Assembly: GCA_963794325.1 (NCBI GenBank)
Contig: CAWCDG010000002.1
Location: 608,001 to 672,000, forward strand
DNA: 64,000 bases
Origin: an uncultured delta proteobacterium
GTDB lineage: Bacteria > Desulfobacterota > Binatia > Binatales > Binataceae
Direction of reading: 5' to 3'
Below, piece after piece: positions 18,764 through 28,617 of this stretch (its first letter is position 1; the number at the start of each line of letters is the position of its first letter). The translations under genes were made by a program, and so were the position numbers. The notes beneath the pieces are model-generated. The model was not told the DNA's origin. It saw only the letters and a list, made by a program, of their open reading frames with translations, and made no database searches.

Positions 18764-19615
18764 TCAGTGGATCCGCGGCGCGTTCAGGGTACCAGTCAAG
18801 AGATAGCGCTGCGGGCCTGGAGGGTGGGGCAGGACTGCAAGGAGCATCGCCAACTGCGAAGCGGCCGCGGGGGATGTCGATAGAGTGAATTGGATTGCGA
18901 GCTCGCTTTCGCCTGGGTCGGGGGCTAGTTGGATCGTTCCTTCGGCGCTGAGGGTCAAGTCACCGCCGGTGGTTGCGAGCTGCTCGATCGTCAATGTTCC
19001 CTGATCCAATTTAAATTTTGAATGGCCTTCGCCCAAACGGATTGGTGAGCTCGCCAGGGCCGAGATGAAGGTCAGGCCGGCGGCGCTTAGTATGCCGTCG
19101 CCGGTTTCCGCGATGTCTGCCGGGGAGAGCAATAGACTGCCGGTGCCGGAGAGCGCGCCGACGACGCTCGCGCCGGGGATTGTCCATAAATGCTGACGCG
19201 CTAGATCCAACGAGTCGAGGTCGTAGCTGATTGCGGTGCCGCTGCCGCTGGGGCGCAGCGTGACGTTTACGATGCCGTCGTAGAGCGCGGCTTTTACGCG
19301 GACCCCAGGATGCATCGTGAGCATCGAGAGGAATGCGGGCGCGATCGTGACGGCGGGGCTCTCGATTAGCAGGCCGCCTGACGCCGCGCGGGTTGAGATC
19401 AGGCGGACGCCCGACAGTCGCGCACCGAAGGGGAAGCTGGCGCTCTGGCTCGCGCTGGAAACCTCGAGGCCCATCGGTGCGAGGACTTTGGTGAGTGTTT
19501 TGGAGTACGGGAAGGTTGAAATCAGGTACGCGGCGAACAGCGATAACCCGACTATTGTGTAAGCGGTTCGAAGGAAGCGGGGTCGCTGGTACTGCTGCGA
19601 CGGGATCGCGCGCAC
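18764..19615 (-). CDS. gspN: Type II secretion protein GspN
   Basis: N-terminal TM followed by TFPY; C-terminal LTGTLNAP; last gene of the gsp cluster; start uncertain. Confidence 0.75.
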   Translation of the reverse strand: MRAIPSQQYQRPRFLRTAYTIVGLSLFAAYLISTFPYSKTLTKVLAPMGLEVSSASQSASFPFGARLSGVRLISTRAASGGLLIESPAVTIAPAFLSMLTMHPGVRVKAALYDGIVNVTLRPSGSGTAISYDLDSLDLARQHLWTIPGASVVGALSGTGSLLLSPADIAETGDGILSAAGLTFISALASSPIRLGEGHSKFKLDQGTLTIEQLATTGGDLTLSAEGTIQLAPDPGESELAIQFTLSTSPAAASQLAMLLAVLPHPPGPQRYLLTGTLNAPRIH

Positions 19616-19616
19616 G

Positions 19617-20261
19617 TCAGGTGTTCTTCGCGAGCGCGACGCAAGTGAGGTCAACGTCGTAGGAATGCGTATCCGGCGTGCGGCGCTGAATCCGAATCGT
19701 CGAGACGCCAATCGGCGTCGCCAGCGAATTGATGCCGTAGAGTGCGTCGATCAATTGCGCCAGATTCACGTTGGCGAGTTTCAACTGCACGCTATACTCG
19801 GTGAATCCGTCGGAGAGCTTGCGATCGGAGCCGGGGGTGATCGAGCCAATCTTTTCGCGGCCGACGCTCTTGGTCATCGAGGCTTCGACCACCGAGAACA
19901 GCGAGAAATCCTTGCCCAGCGGAACCGTGCGCTTCTCGGCATTGGCGAGGTTGGCCTTGAGCTGCGCATAAGTGCCGGCCAGGCGGCGAACCTCGGCGAG
20001 GTCGTGCTGGCGCTCAGCGATCTTGTCCTCGAGTCCCGAGCTCAGGCTCACGATCGGCACGTAAACCAAATTGTAGATGAGAAAAATTGCGAGCAGGCCG
20101 CCGGCGATCTGCACCAGGATGCGTTCGCGCGGTTCCAGTTTCTGGTAGCGGCCGCGCGCCTGCGCGAGCAGCGGATCGATGCGCGTCATGCCCTGCTTGA
20201 GCAAGGGACGGATCAAGTCCCTCATTCGCGCGCGCAGGTTGTCGAGCCATTCTCTAAGCAT
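19617..20261 (-). CDS. gspM: Type II secretion protein GspM
   Basis: YQKLEPRERIL + TM + coiled coil; position after gspL. Confidence 0.8.
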   Translation of the reverse strand: MLREWLDNLRARMRDLIRPLLKQGMTRIDPLLAQARGRYQKLEPRERILVQIAGGLLAIFLIYNLVYVPIVSLSSGLEDKIAERQHDLAEVRRLAGTYAQLKANLANAEKRTVPLGKDFSLFSVVEASMTKSVGREKIGSITPGSDRKLSDGFTEYSVQLKLANVNLAQLIDALYGINSLATPIGVSTIRIQRRTPDTHSYDVDLTCVALAKNT

Positions 20262-20274
20262 CGGGCTTCTTCAC

Positions 20275-21771
20275 TTATTCTTCGACGTCGTCGCCGCGAT
20301 CACTCGACCGCACGGCGTCCTTGAAATCCGCGTCCATCCGAAAATCCACCTTGCTCGGATCAGAGCCGGCCTTGGCGTGCGCGACTTCGATCGTGCCGAA
20401 GAAGCCGCTCTTGTCGAGCGCTCGCTTGGCTTGATCGACGGTTGCGAACGAATCGGCCTGTCCGGTCACGCGCAAGCCCTGCGAATCGATCTGAACGTCA
20501 GCCATCTGAACCGGAAAGCGCGGCGGCAGCGCTCGCGATACGGCGGCCAGGGTATCGAGCGGCGAATGAGTCAGATTGCCGCCAATCAAATTCAGCCGCT
20601 TGTTCATCTTCGCGATTCCCATCTGCAACTGCGTCTTGGCGTTGGCGGGATCGGTTTCGCCGAGGACCGGTCCTGCGACGGCTGCGATTTCCGCGTTGAC
20701 CTGGCTCAGGCGATGGAGTTTGGCGGACACCCCGAGCGAGAAATGAACGATGGTCACCGCCAACAACGCAGCCGCGAGAATCCCCGAAGTGTAGAACGGG
20801 CTGAGATCGCCGCGGACGCGTCCGCGAAACATGAATTCGCCCTGCCGGAAATTGATCAGCTCAGCCGGCTTAGTCGGCAACTCGCCGAGCAGCATCGCGA
20901 TGCACGATGAATACTTGCCGGTGTTGGGACCCGGCATAGCGCCCTCGAAGATTCCGGTGTAGTCGAACGCACCGCCGTCGCGTACCGCCATCGCCAGCGA
21001 ATCGGACAACAGTCCGCGCACCTTCGAAGACGTCGCCGCCGCGCCCGCAATGATTACCTCGGTCTGATCGGTTTCCTCGCCGCTGGCCAGCAGCGTCTGA
21101 CGCACCGAGTTGAGAATCGGCGCCGCCGCATCCTCGGATACCAGCGATCCGTCGGACATCATCAGGCCGCCGACTATCGAACGGAGAGCGCGCGGCGTTC
21201 CTCCCAGGTCAACCAGCACGACTGAGGTGGACGATTCGTCGCCCTCGACCACCAGATGCGCCATCGGCTTCGCGCCGTTTCCATTCCTGGTGCGCGTGAA
21301 CATCGCGGCCAGCGCCAGCGGCGCCAGCGTGACGGTCTTGGGATCGAGTCCCGCCTTTCGCAGCAAATCGATATGATTCTGAAGATCGGTCTTGCGCACC
21401 ATCGCGGCCATCACCAGCGTGTGATCGCCCTCGCGTCCAACGCGGGTAAACGCGACTGCGCCATTGTCCACCGGAAACGGGAGATGCTCTTCCAGCGCGA
21501 ACGGAACTACCTGGTGAAGGCGGCGCGCATCCTTGAACGGCAGCTCGAGCAATCGCTTGACCGCGCGATCGGCGGGCAGTGCCGAGATGACGATGTCTGG
21601 ATGACCGGCGTCAACCACCAGCCGCGACAGTGCGCCGCTCAAGTCGGCCTCGTCGTCGGCGCGAACCTTGTCGTAAACGCCGGCCAGCGTGAACGAATTC
21701 CACGAGCGCTCGGCGACCGCGGCAAGCACCCGGTCCGCCCCCATTTCCAGCGCTAGTATTCGTTGAGCCAT
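20275..21771 (-). CDS. gspL: Type II secretion protein GspL (PilM/PilN-like)
   Basis: Actin-like N-terminus (LELPF..VPFALEEHLPF), INFRQGEF, TM, PilN-like C-terminus. Confidence 0.85.
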   Translation of the reverse strand: MAQRILALEMGADRVLAAVAERSWNSFTLAGVYDKVRADDEADLSGALSRLVVDAGHPDIVISALPADRAVKRLLELPFKDARRLHQVVPFALEEHLPFPVDNGAVAFTRVGREGDHTLVMAAMVRKTDLQNHIDLLRKAGLDPKTVTLAPLALAAMFTRTRNGNGAKPMAHLVVEGDESSTSVVLVDLGGTPRALRSIVGGLMMSDGSLVSEDAAAPILNSVRQTLLASGEETDQTEVIIAGAAATSSKVRGLLSDSLAMAVRDGGAFDYTGIFEGAMPGPNTGKYSSCIAMLLGELPTKPAELINFRQGEFMFRGRVRGDLSPFYTSGILAAALLAVTIVHFSLGVSAKLHRLSQVNAEIAAVAGPVLGETDPANAKTQLQMGIAKMNKRLNLIGGNLTHSPLDTLAAVSRALPPRFPVQMADVQIDSQGLRVTGQADSFATVDQAKRALDKSGFFGTIEVAHAKAGSDPSKVDFRMDADFKDAVRSSDRGDDVEE

Positions 21772-21799
21772 CAGGCGTCCTTGGTCCTAATCTTCGTGC

Positions 21800-22747
21800 C
21801 TAATCTTCGTGCCATGAGGCGAGGGTGCCGACGCCGGTGGTCTCGCGATGGAAGGTTGCGGTGATAATTTTCCGCGCGCCCGCATAAGTTCCGTTTCCAG
21901 TGATCGTAAAAAATTGACTCCTCATATCCACGTCCTTCTGCAGGCGCTGGCCTACTTCGCCGAGATCTGGAAGGTTCGCGATGTCGGTAGGCTGGCTGAA
22001 CGGCCGAATCGTGCGGGCGTCCAGTATCGACACCACGATTTTCTGATCCTCGGTCAACTCCGGTTCCAGCGCCGCCAGTACTTGCGGCGACGCGGTGTTG
22101 GCGTTAACCGCCGTCTCAGGCATCACAGTGAGAAACGGGCTTACCCGGTTAAAGACTGCCTCGTTGAACCCCTGCACCATCTGCAAATCACCCATCGTCG
22201 GCATCGACCCGTAGCGCGGCTGGTATGGCGGCTTCAGTCCCGCGTAATAATCCCCGATACCGCCGCCGAGCCCGGTGCCATTATTCGGTGTAATCCAGTC
22301 GATGATACCTTGAACCAAGTCGGGGCTCACGTCGAGTATCGTGAAAAGCCGTTGGACCTTCAAAACGGCAAGCTGGTTCGGGTGGCCGTTTTGAACCATC
22401 GCATTCAAATTGATTTTGCGGCCTTCGTCCACGATCGACAAGGACACTGTGCCACCCTCGAGTTGCATCGGCGGAAACGGCATAGCCCACACGTCGTTTA
22501 AGGTGTCGGTCGGGGTTTGCGATTTCGCATCGGCGCGCGCGTCGGCCGCGAGCAGCGCGAGACCGATACTGACCGCCGACCTCGCCAGGTAACTGGCGCG
22601 CAGCTCGTTGGCCTGGTTCGCCGCCGACACGAACCCGAGTCCCGAGGTCATCGCGAATTCCACGACGACCAGGGTCATCAGTGCGACTCCGAGCAGAACC
22701 GCCAGCAGCGCGACGCCGCGTTCGCTCTTTCGCATCCGCGCTACCAT
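21800..22747 (-). CDS. gspK: Minor pseudopilin GspK
   Basis: ERG|VALLAVL cleavage site; DEGRKINLN, IIDWI, VNANTAS. Confidence 0.9.
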   Translation of the reverse strand: MVARMRKSERGVALLAVLLGVALMTLVVVEFAMTSGLGFVSAANQANELRASYLARSAVSIGLALLAADARADAKSQTPTDTLNDVWAMPFPPMQLEGGTVSLSIVDEGRKINLNAMVQNGHPNQLAVLKVQRLFTILDVSPDLVQGIIDWITPNNGTGLGGGIGDYYAGLKPPYQPRYGSMPTMGDLQMVQGFNEAVFNRVSPFLTVMPETAVNANTASPQVLAALEPELTEDQKIVVSILDARTIRPFSQPTDIANLPDLGEVGQRLQKDVDMRSQFFTITGNGTYAGARKIITATFHRETTGVGTLASWHED

Positions 22748-23409
22748 TGCTGTATCGCCATCGGCAGAGTGACCTGAGTCGCGAAGTCCATCACGCGTCC
22801 GCCGGGCGCCGCCATCTGAATCTGGATTGCCACCGCGACCGGCAACTGGCGTCCGCGCGGCAGGCTCGGCGAGTCCCAACTCTCTCCCCACCGCTGTCCG
22901 TCGAAATAACGGAAGTGAAGCGAGAGCACATTGTCCGCGAGCACCGTTGTTTGCGGCGTGACGGCGTTCGTCAGCAGTCCGCTTTGCTGCGAGCGCTGCA
23001 GCACATACCAGCCCCGCTGATCAGGATTCGACGTCAAATTGTAAGTGACGATCGTTTCGGCCGTCATCCCGGTAAGTGCGCGGCGATGGCCCGCGCTGAA
23101 GGTGGACAGCGTCAGGGTATCGACCGCCGTGCCACCGTTCATGTGGCCGGCGCCGAACATGGCGACGTTGCTGGTAGTGTACGGAGTCTGCACGGCGTTG
23201 CGCAGTTCCTTGGTGAGTTGCCACAACAAGGCACGGCCCTCGCGATCGACCATGAGGCGCCCCTCAGCATGCACCTTGCTATGCGCTATCGCGCTGAACG
23301 AGCTCGCCAGCATCGCGAGGATCATCGCCAGCACGCCGATCGCGAGCATCATCTCGATAAGCGTGAAGCCGCGCGGTGCGCGACGCGTCGAAATACGCCG
23401 GTTGATCAT
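22741..23409 (-). CDS. gspJ: Minor pseudopilin GspJ
   Basis: RG|FTLIEMM; FRYFDGQRW..W..LPVAV. Confidence 0.88.
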   Translation of the reverse strand: MINRRISTRRAPRGFTLIEMMLAIGVLAMILAMLASSFSAIAHSKVHAEGRLMVDREGRALLWQLTKELRNAVQTPYTTSNVAMFGAGHMNGGTAVDTLTLSTFSAGHRRALTGMTAETIVTYNLTSNPDQRGWYVLQRSQQSGLLTNAVTPQTTVLADNVLSLHFRYFDGQRWGESWDSPSLPRGRQLPVAVAIQIQMAAPGGRVMDFATQVTLPMAIQQW

Positions 23410-23831
23410 GGCGTCGCTGCCTGCGGGTCGTTTGGATCGAGCGGGACTGGCGAATGCAGAAATTCGACGAGCGAGAAGCTTTGCTCAAGCTTGGGGCCGT
23501 AGCGAATCACGATCTTGACCTTGCGAACGTCGGGGAACATGCCTGACGCGGCGACCTCGCGTTCCCACCGGAAATCCTGGAACTCGCCGGGGAACGACGA
23601 TTCGAAATCGCCGCTGCTGCGGCCGAGGTCCGGATACCGCTCGAGCTCCGCCTCGGTCATCACCGCCTGCGCCAGCATCGAGGCCCGCGTCGATTGCTGC
23701 GCCCGAATCACGGATTGGATGCTCTGATGTTGCAGTCCGAGCAGGCCCATCAGCGCGATCCCGAGGATCGCAATCGCAACCATCACCTCGAGCAGGGTAA
23801 ATCCTCGCGCGCGCTGGTGAAGAAGATTCAC
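23406..23831 (-). CDS. gspI: Minor pseudopilin GspI
   Basis: RG|FTLLEVMVAIAI; 141 aa. Confidence 0.88.
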   Translation of the reverse strand: MNLLHQRARGFTLLEVMVAIAILGIALMGLLGLQHQSIQSVIRAQQSTRASMLAQAVMTEAELERYPDLGRSSGDFESSFPGEFQDFRWEREVAASGMFPDVRKVKIVIRYGPKLEQSFSLVEFLHSPVPLDPNDPQAATP

Positions 23832-24415
23832 TGCGGCACCTTGATGCCCGCCGGCATCACGTCGCCGTTGATAATCGCGACCTGGCCGGTCAGCGGAGAG
23901 AATTCGAGCGTCATCACGTCGCCCGAGGCGTCCTCGAGATGCACCACGGTCGCATCGACGTAGCCCTCGGGATAGAAGGTGGTCGCGATAGTGCCGCGAT
24001 TCAGGGTGCCGATTCCTTCGACCGTCACGTCGCGAATCCGAATCGCCGACGGCATCATGACCGGATGTCCCGACATGCTGGTGTCAGGCGCGAATACTGG
24101 CTTGATCGCGTACGGATCGAGCTGCGCGACCGCATAGCCGTTGTTGTCGAGATCGAAGATTAGCTTCAACACGAGTTTGTGGCCGGTGGCCTCGTCGTAC
24201 AAGTAAGTCGCGCGGCCCGCGAGCCGGCGCGCCTGGCTCTTGAGCGCAGCCTGACGAAATCCGCCAAGGTACGGCATCGCCAGGGTCAGCATCAGGCCCA
24301 TTATAAAAATTACGACCGCAAGCTCGAGCAGCGTGAAGCCCGGCGCCGCGGACCTCGCGCCACGGCGCGCGCTCGCGGTGGCATCGCGAGAAGCTGGCTC
24401 GGGCCGGCACTTCAT
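23828..24415 (-). CDS. gspH: Minor pseudopilin GspH
   Basis: PG|FTLLELAVV; FYPEG; SPLTG. Confidence 0.85.
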   Translation of the reverse strand: MKCRPEPASRDATASARRGARSAAPGFTLLELAVVIFIMGLMLTLAMPYLGGFRQAALKSQARRLAGRATYLYDEATGHKLVLKLIFDLDNNGYAVAQLDPYAIKPVFAPDTSMSGHPVMMPSAIRIRDVTVEGIGTLNRGTIATTFYPEGYVDATVVHLEDASGDVMTLEFSPLTGQVAIINGDVMPAGIKVPQ

Positions 24416-24422
24416 TGCGTCG

Positions 24423-24851
24423 TCACTGCGATTGGCTGGCGTCTATAACGCTGGAAGTGTCTCCGCTGTCGGTGCCGCCTTTGCCGAACGACTTCAGCAC
24501 ATAGGAGTTCCCATCGCTCTGGAAGAAGTACGGGTTCCCCCATGGATCCATTGGAAGGCGTTCGATATAGCCGCCACTCTCGTAGTTGGCGGGCACGCGT
24601 CCGCTCGACGGCGGCGAAACGAGCGAATTCAAACCCTGGTCGGTGGTCGGATAGAAACCATTGTCGAGGTAATAGCGATCGAGCGCAGTTTTGATCTCGG
24701 CGAGGTCGGCCTGCGCCTTGGTGCGCTTGGCCTTGTCGGCGGCGCCGCGGAGACTCTGTACAACGATCGTCGCCAGCAGGCCAAGGATCAGAATAACCAC
24801 CATGATTTCAATCAGGGTAAAACCATCCTGATTGTATCGGCGCGATTTCAT
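24423..24851 (-). CDS. gspG: Major pseudopilin GspG
   Basis: DG|FTLIEIMVV, ALDRYYLDNGFYPTTDQGL, DPWGNPY; GGAGG RBS before ATG 24851. Confidence 0.95.
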   Translation of the reverse strand: MKSRRYNQDGFTLIEIMVVILILGLLATIVVQSLRGAADKAKRTKAQADLAEIKTALDRYYLDNGFYPTTDQGLNSLVSPPSSGRVPANYESGGYIERLPMDPWGNPYFFQSDGNSYVLKSFGKGGTDSGDTSSVIDASQSQ

Positions 24852-24897
24852 CGCGATTACCTCCGGCGCATTTTTCATTTTTTCACTTTTCATTTTT

Positions 24898-25458
24898 TCA
24901 CTGCATCAACTGGTTGAGCTGGAAAATCGGCATCAGCACCGCCAGCATCATGAACACGATAACAGCGGCCATCGCGAGCGTCATCACAGGTTCGAGCACA
25001 GTGGTCATCTGGGACGAGTGGTCACAGTAGTGGTAGAGCCGCCGTCCGCGCTCGGTTAGCAGCGCACCCACTGTTCCGGCGACGAGCCCGACGAACAGAA
25101 TAACCATCGCCAGCCAATGGCCCGTGATGAGCGCTGAGAATCTCATCAAAAGTTTCGTCGCCAGTGGCAATGACGCATGCTGCTGCACGAAGATCGTCGC
25201 TACCTGCGGCACCACATATGCCACCAGGAACAATATGATCCCCGTTCCATAGGTCAGCATTACGAGAGGATAGGTCAACGCGCCGCCAACCTCGTTCACC
25301 GATCGGTTGTCAGAGCGCCGTCCCTGCCGCCCTACCAGCGCGCCAGCCATTAACTTTAAGAGCCCAATTAACCGACTGGTCGTGGTGGTTGAACAGCTGT
25401 GCGCGCCGCTGACTTCGTAGGTGGATTCGGCGTTGTAACTGCGCGACTGCGTCTTCAT
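24898..25458 (-). CDS. Short GspF paralogue with only the membrane segments (mini-GspF, 186 aa) or gspF relic
   Basis: ATG overlaps the gspF stop (TAATG); contains the GALTYP..RGRRLY and QMTTVLEP..LMQ blocks but neither cytoplasmic domain. Confidence 0.65.
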   Translation of the reverse strand: MKTQSRSYNAESTYEVSGAHSCSTTTTSRLIGLLKLMAGALVGRQGRRSDNRSVNEVGGALTYPLVMLTYGTGIILFLVAYVVPQVATIFVQQHASLPLATKLLMRFSALITGHWLAMVILFVGLVAGTVGALLTERGRRLYHYCDHSSQMTTVLEPVMTLAMAAVIVFMMLAVLMPIFQLNQLMQ

Positions 25459-26687
25459 TACTGCATCAACTGATTGAGCTGGAAAATCGGCATCAGCACC
25501 GCCAGCATCATGAACACGATAACAGCGGCCATCGCCAGCGTCATCACAGGTTCCAGCACCGTGGTCATCTGGCTCAGTGAGTGCGAGACCTCGCGTTCGT
25601 AGTTGTCCGCGACCCGCTCCAGCATCCGCTCGAGCTCGCCCGACCGTTCGCCGACCCGAATCATCTCGATCAGCAGCGGTGGGAACAGTCCGCTTTGCGA
25701 GAGCGTCTGCGCCATGCCGTGGCCTTCCCGGATGCTTTCGCGGCTCTTCTCGACGGCGTCCTTGAGCAGACCGTTGGTCACCACGCCCTTGACCGCGTCG
25801 AGCGAGGGCAGCAATTGAACGCCGCTGGCGAGCAGGGTGGCCAGCGTCCGCGCGAAGCGCGCGCAGATAATTCGAATCATCGTCGGCCCGATGTAGTAAA
25901 CCTTCAGGATCGCGGTATCGTAGATTCTGCGGCCGCGCGGCGTCGCCATCGCGGCGCTGAATCCTGCGACGATGCCGACCAGCAACAGTGCCAGCGGAAT
26001 CCAGTAGCCGGTGACGATTCCCGAAATTGTGATGAGGACTTTGGTCGCCAGCGGCAGCGCCGCATGCTGCTGCTCGAAAATCGTCGCGACCTGCGGCACC
26101 ACGTATGCCACCAGGAACGCCATGATTCCGGTGCCGACGCACATCATGATGATCGGATAGGTCAGCGCCCCGCGCACCTTGGTGACGAATTCATTCTGGC
26201 GCTCGCTGTACTCCGCGAGCCGGTCCAGCACCGCCTCGAGCGCCGCCGCCTGCTCGCCGGCCCGGACCATCCCGATGTAGAGATCTGAAAACACGTCGCG
26301 ATGATTGCTCAGCGCATCGGCCAGCGACGAGCCCTCGCGCACCCGCTCGCGCACCTGCGAGAGCATCCGCTTGGTCGCGGCGCGGGTCGATTGGTCAGCG
26401 AGCGCAGTCAGCGCATCGACCAACTGCACGCCAGCACCAAGCAGCGCGCTCAACTGCCGGGTGAGCAGCGCCAGGTCCGACGCCGGCATCTTGCGCCGCC
26501 ACAGCGAGGGCAGCCAGTCGCGCTTGGCGGCCTGGCGTTCGGCGGCGTTGGATTCCTCGTTGAGGTCGGTCGGGAAAATCCCTGACGCGCGCAGCTTGCC
26601 GCGCGCGGTTCGCGCACTGTCCGCGTCAACCACGCCGTTGACGGAACGACCGTCGGCGCCAAGTCCTCGATAAGCAAATACTGGCAT
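25458..26687 (-). CDS. gspF: Type II secretion inner membrane platform protein GspF
   Basis: MPVFAYRG, TRQLSALLGAG, VREGSSL, ALTYP, GERSGEL, LEP. Confidence 0.96.
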   Translation of the reverse strand: MPVFAYRGLGADGRSVNGVVDADSARTARGKLRASGIFPTDLNEESNAAERQAAKRDWLPSLWRRKMPASDLALLTRQLSALLGAGVQLVDALTALADQSTRAATKRMLSQVRERVREGSSLADALSNHRDVFSDLYIGMVRAGEQAAALEAVLDRLAEYSERQNEFVTKVRGALTYPIIMMCVGTGIMAFLVAYVVPQVATIFEQQHAALPLATKVLITISGIVTGYWIPLALLLVGIVAGFSAAMATPRGRRIYDTAILKVYYIGPTMIRIICARFARTLATLLASGVQLLPSLDAVKGVVTNGLLKDAVEKSRESIREGHGMAQTLSQSGLFPPLLIEMIRVGERSGELERMLERVADNYEREVSHSLSQMTTVLEPVMTLAMAAVIVFMMLAVLMPIFQLNQLMQ

Positions 26688-26712
26688 CGGTGAAAAAAAT
26701 TAAGCGGGAGCG

Positions 26713-28428
26713 CTATTCGATATCTTCCTGCGTGACCCGCAGCAACTCTTCGATCGAGGTCTCTCCGCGCACCACGCGCGCCGCTCCGTCCTGCCGCAGC
26801 AGCATCATTCCGGTGCTGACGCATTTACGGCGCAGGGTCGCGGCGTCGGCGTTCTGCATCACGAGCGCGCGAATCTCGTCGTCCATGATCATCAATTCCT
26901 GGATTGCCATTCGTCCGCGATAACCGGTGTTGCGGCAATTGCGGCATCCCTTCGGACGGCAAATCTTGTTCATCGGATCGACGCCCTTGAGTCCGATTCG
27001 TGCCAGCTCGGTATCGCTGGCCTTATAGGGCTCGCGGCAATCGACACAGAGCTTGCGGACCAGGCGTTGCGCGAGCACCGCGAGAATCGACGACGAAACC
27101 AGGAACGGCTCGATTCCCATATCGACCAGCCGCGTCACCGCGCCGAACGAATCGTTGGTGTGCAGCGTCGAGAACACAAGATGGCCGGTGAGGGCGGCTT
27201 GAATCGCGATTTCCGCAGTTTCGCTGTCGCGGATTTCGCCGACCATGATTACGTCGGGGTCCTGGCGCAGAATCGATCGCAGGCCACTGGCGAAGGTCAG
27301 CTCGATCTTCGGATTCACCTGCATCTGGCCGACGCCGCGCAACTGGTATTCGATCGGATCCTCGATCGTAATGATATTTTTTTCGGGTGAGTTGATTCGC
27401 GTGAGACACGCGTACAGCGTCGTCGATTTGCCCGATCCGGTCGGTCCGGTCGCCAGGATGATCCCGTGACTCTGCCTGATCAGGCGATCGAGCCGCTGAA
27501 GATTGTCGCCGGAGAAACCAAGATGATCGAGGTTGATTGCTTCGACCGCCTGCGCGCGGTCGAGCAGTCGCAGCACGATACGCTCGCCGAACGCGGTCGG
27601 GATCGACGAGACGCGCAAGTCGATATCGCGGCCCGCGATGCGCAGCCGGATTCTGCCGTCCTGCGGCAGCCGCTTCTCCGCGATATTGAGGCCCGCCATG
27701 ACCTTGACGCGCGAGGTGATCGCCGGCTGAAACCGCTTATTCGGCGACAGTACGTCGTACATCATGCCGTCCACCCGGAACCGGATCACCATTTCCTTTT
27801 CGAAAACTTCGACGTGGATATCCGACGCGCGGTCCTTGACCGCCTGCGACAGCACGCCATTGACCAGCTTGATGATCGGTGCGGAATCGTCGGATTCGAG
27901 CAGGTCCAGCGGCTCCGACGCGAGTTCGTTGGCGACGACGTCGAGCCGCTCTTCCTCGAGATCGATCATCAGATCTTCGGCCGAGGTGGCCGAGGCCTGG
28001 TCGTATGCGCGGTTGATCGCTTCCGCGATTACTTCCGACGGCGCGACCAGCGCTTGTATCTTGGCGTCGAACAGCATTCGCAAATCGTCGAGCGCCTCGT
28101 AGTTGGCCGGGTCGGCGATCGCAACCGTCACCGCGCCGTCGATACTCGACAGCGGCAGCAGCCGGTTCTTCTTTGCGTAGTTGATCGGAATCTTCGAGAC
28201 GAGCTTGGTGTCGAGCGAGTTTTCGTCGATATGGGCCTGGAAGGGCAGCCGGTATTCCTGCGCGAGCGCCCGCGCCAGGCGCTGCGGCTCGAGCGCGCCC
28301 ATCTCGATCAGGACGTCGGCCAGCTCCTGCCCGGGCTTCTTGCGCTGACGCGCCTTGTCGAGATCCTGCTCCGAGACCCACGACCGGTCTAACAGAATTG
28401 CCTCGAAACTTTTGCGTGCTGTCGCCAT
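26713..28428 (-). CDS. gspE: Type II secretion ATPase GspE
   Basis: ASDIH, RLPQDGR, GPTGSGKST, TIEDPIE, LRQDPD, STLHTN, tetra-Cys motif. Confidence 0.97.
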   Translation of the reverse strand: MATARKSFEAILLDRSWVSEQDLDKARQRKKPGQELADVLIEMGALEPQRLARALAQEYRLPFQAHIDENSLDTKLVSKIPINYAKKNRLLPLSSIDGAVTVAIADPANYEALDDLRMLFDAKIQALVAPSEVIAEAINRAYDQASATSAEDLMIDLEEERLDVVANELASEPLDLLESDDSAPIIKLVNGVLSQAVKDRASDIHVEVFEKEMVIRFRVDGMMYDVLSPNKRFQPAITSRVKVMAGLNIAEKRLPQDGRIRLRIAGRDIDLRVSSIPTAFGERIVLRLLDRAQAVEAINLDHLGFSGDNLQRLDRLIRQSHGIILATGPTGSGKSTTLYACLTRINSPEKNIITIEDPIEYQLRGVGQMQVNPKIELTFASGLRSILRQDPDVIMVGEIRDSETAEIAIQAALTGHLVFSTLHTNDSFGAVTRLVDMGIEPFLVSSSILAVLAQRLVRKLCVDCREPYKASDTELARIGLKGVDPMNKICRPKGCRNCRNTGYRGRMAIQELMIMDDEIRALVMQNADAATLRRKCVSTGMMLLRQDGAARVVRGETSIEELLRVTQEDIE

Positions 28429-28617
28429 CAGGCAAGTCCAGACGCCGGCGACACGGCTCGTCGATTCAGGTCATATCGGGTTATTTTCAACGACAATGAC
28501 ACCCCACCGAACATACCACCATTGCCCCCATCGAGGCTCAATTAGACACGATGCTTCCGACTGGTTGCAAGTATAGTTTCCCCATCGCACCGCTAGTTTC
28601 GCAGCTCCCCGCTGCCG

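Noticed and set aside
24898-26142. 414-aa ORF as a second full gspF
   Set aside because: Its 5' part is an alternative frame over gspF; the plausible start is the coupled ATG at 25458
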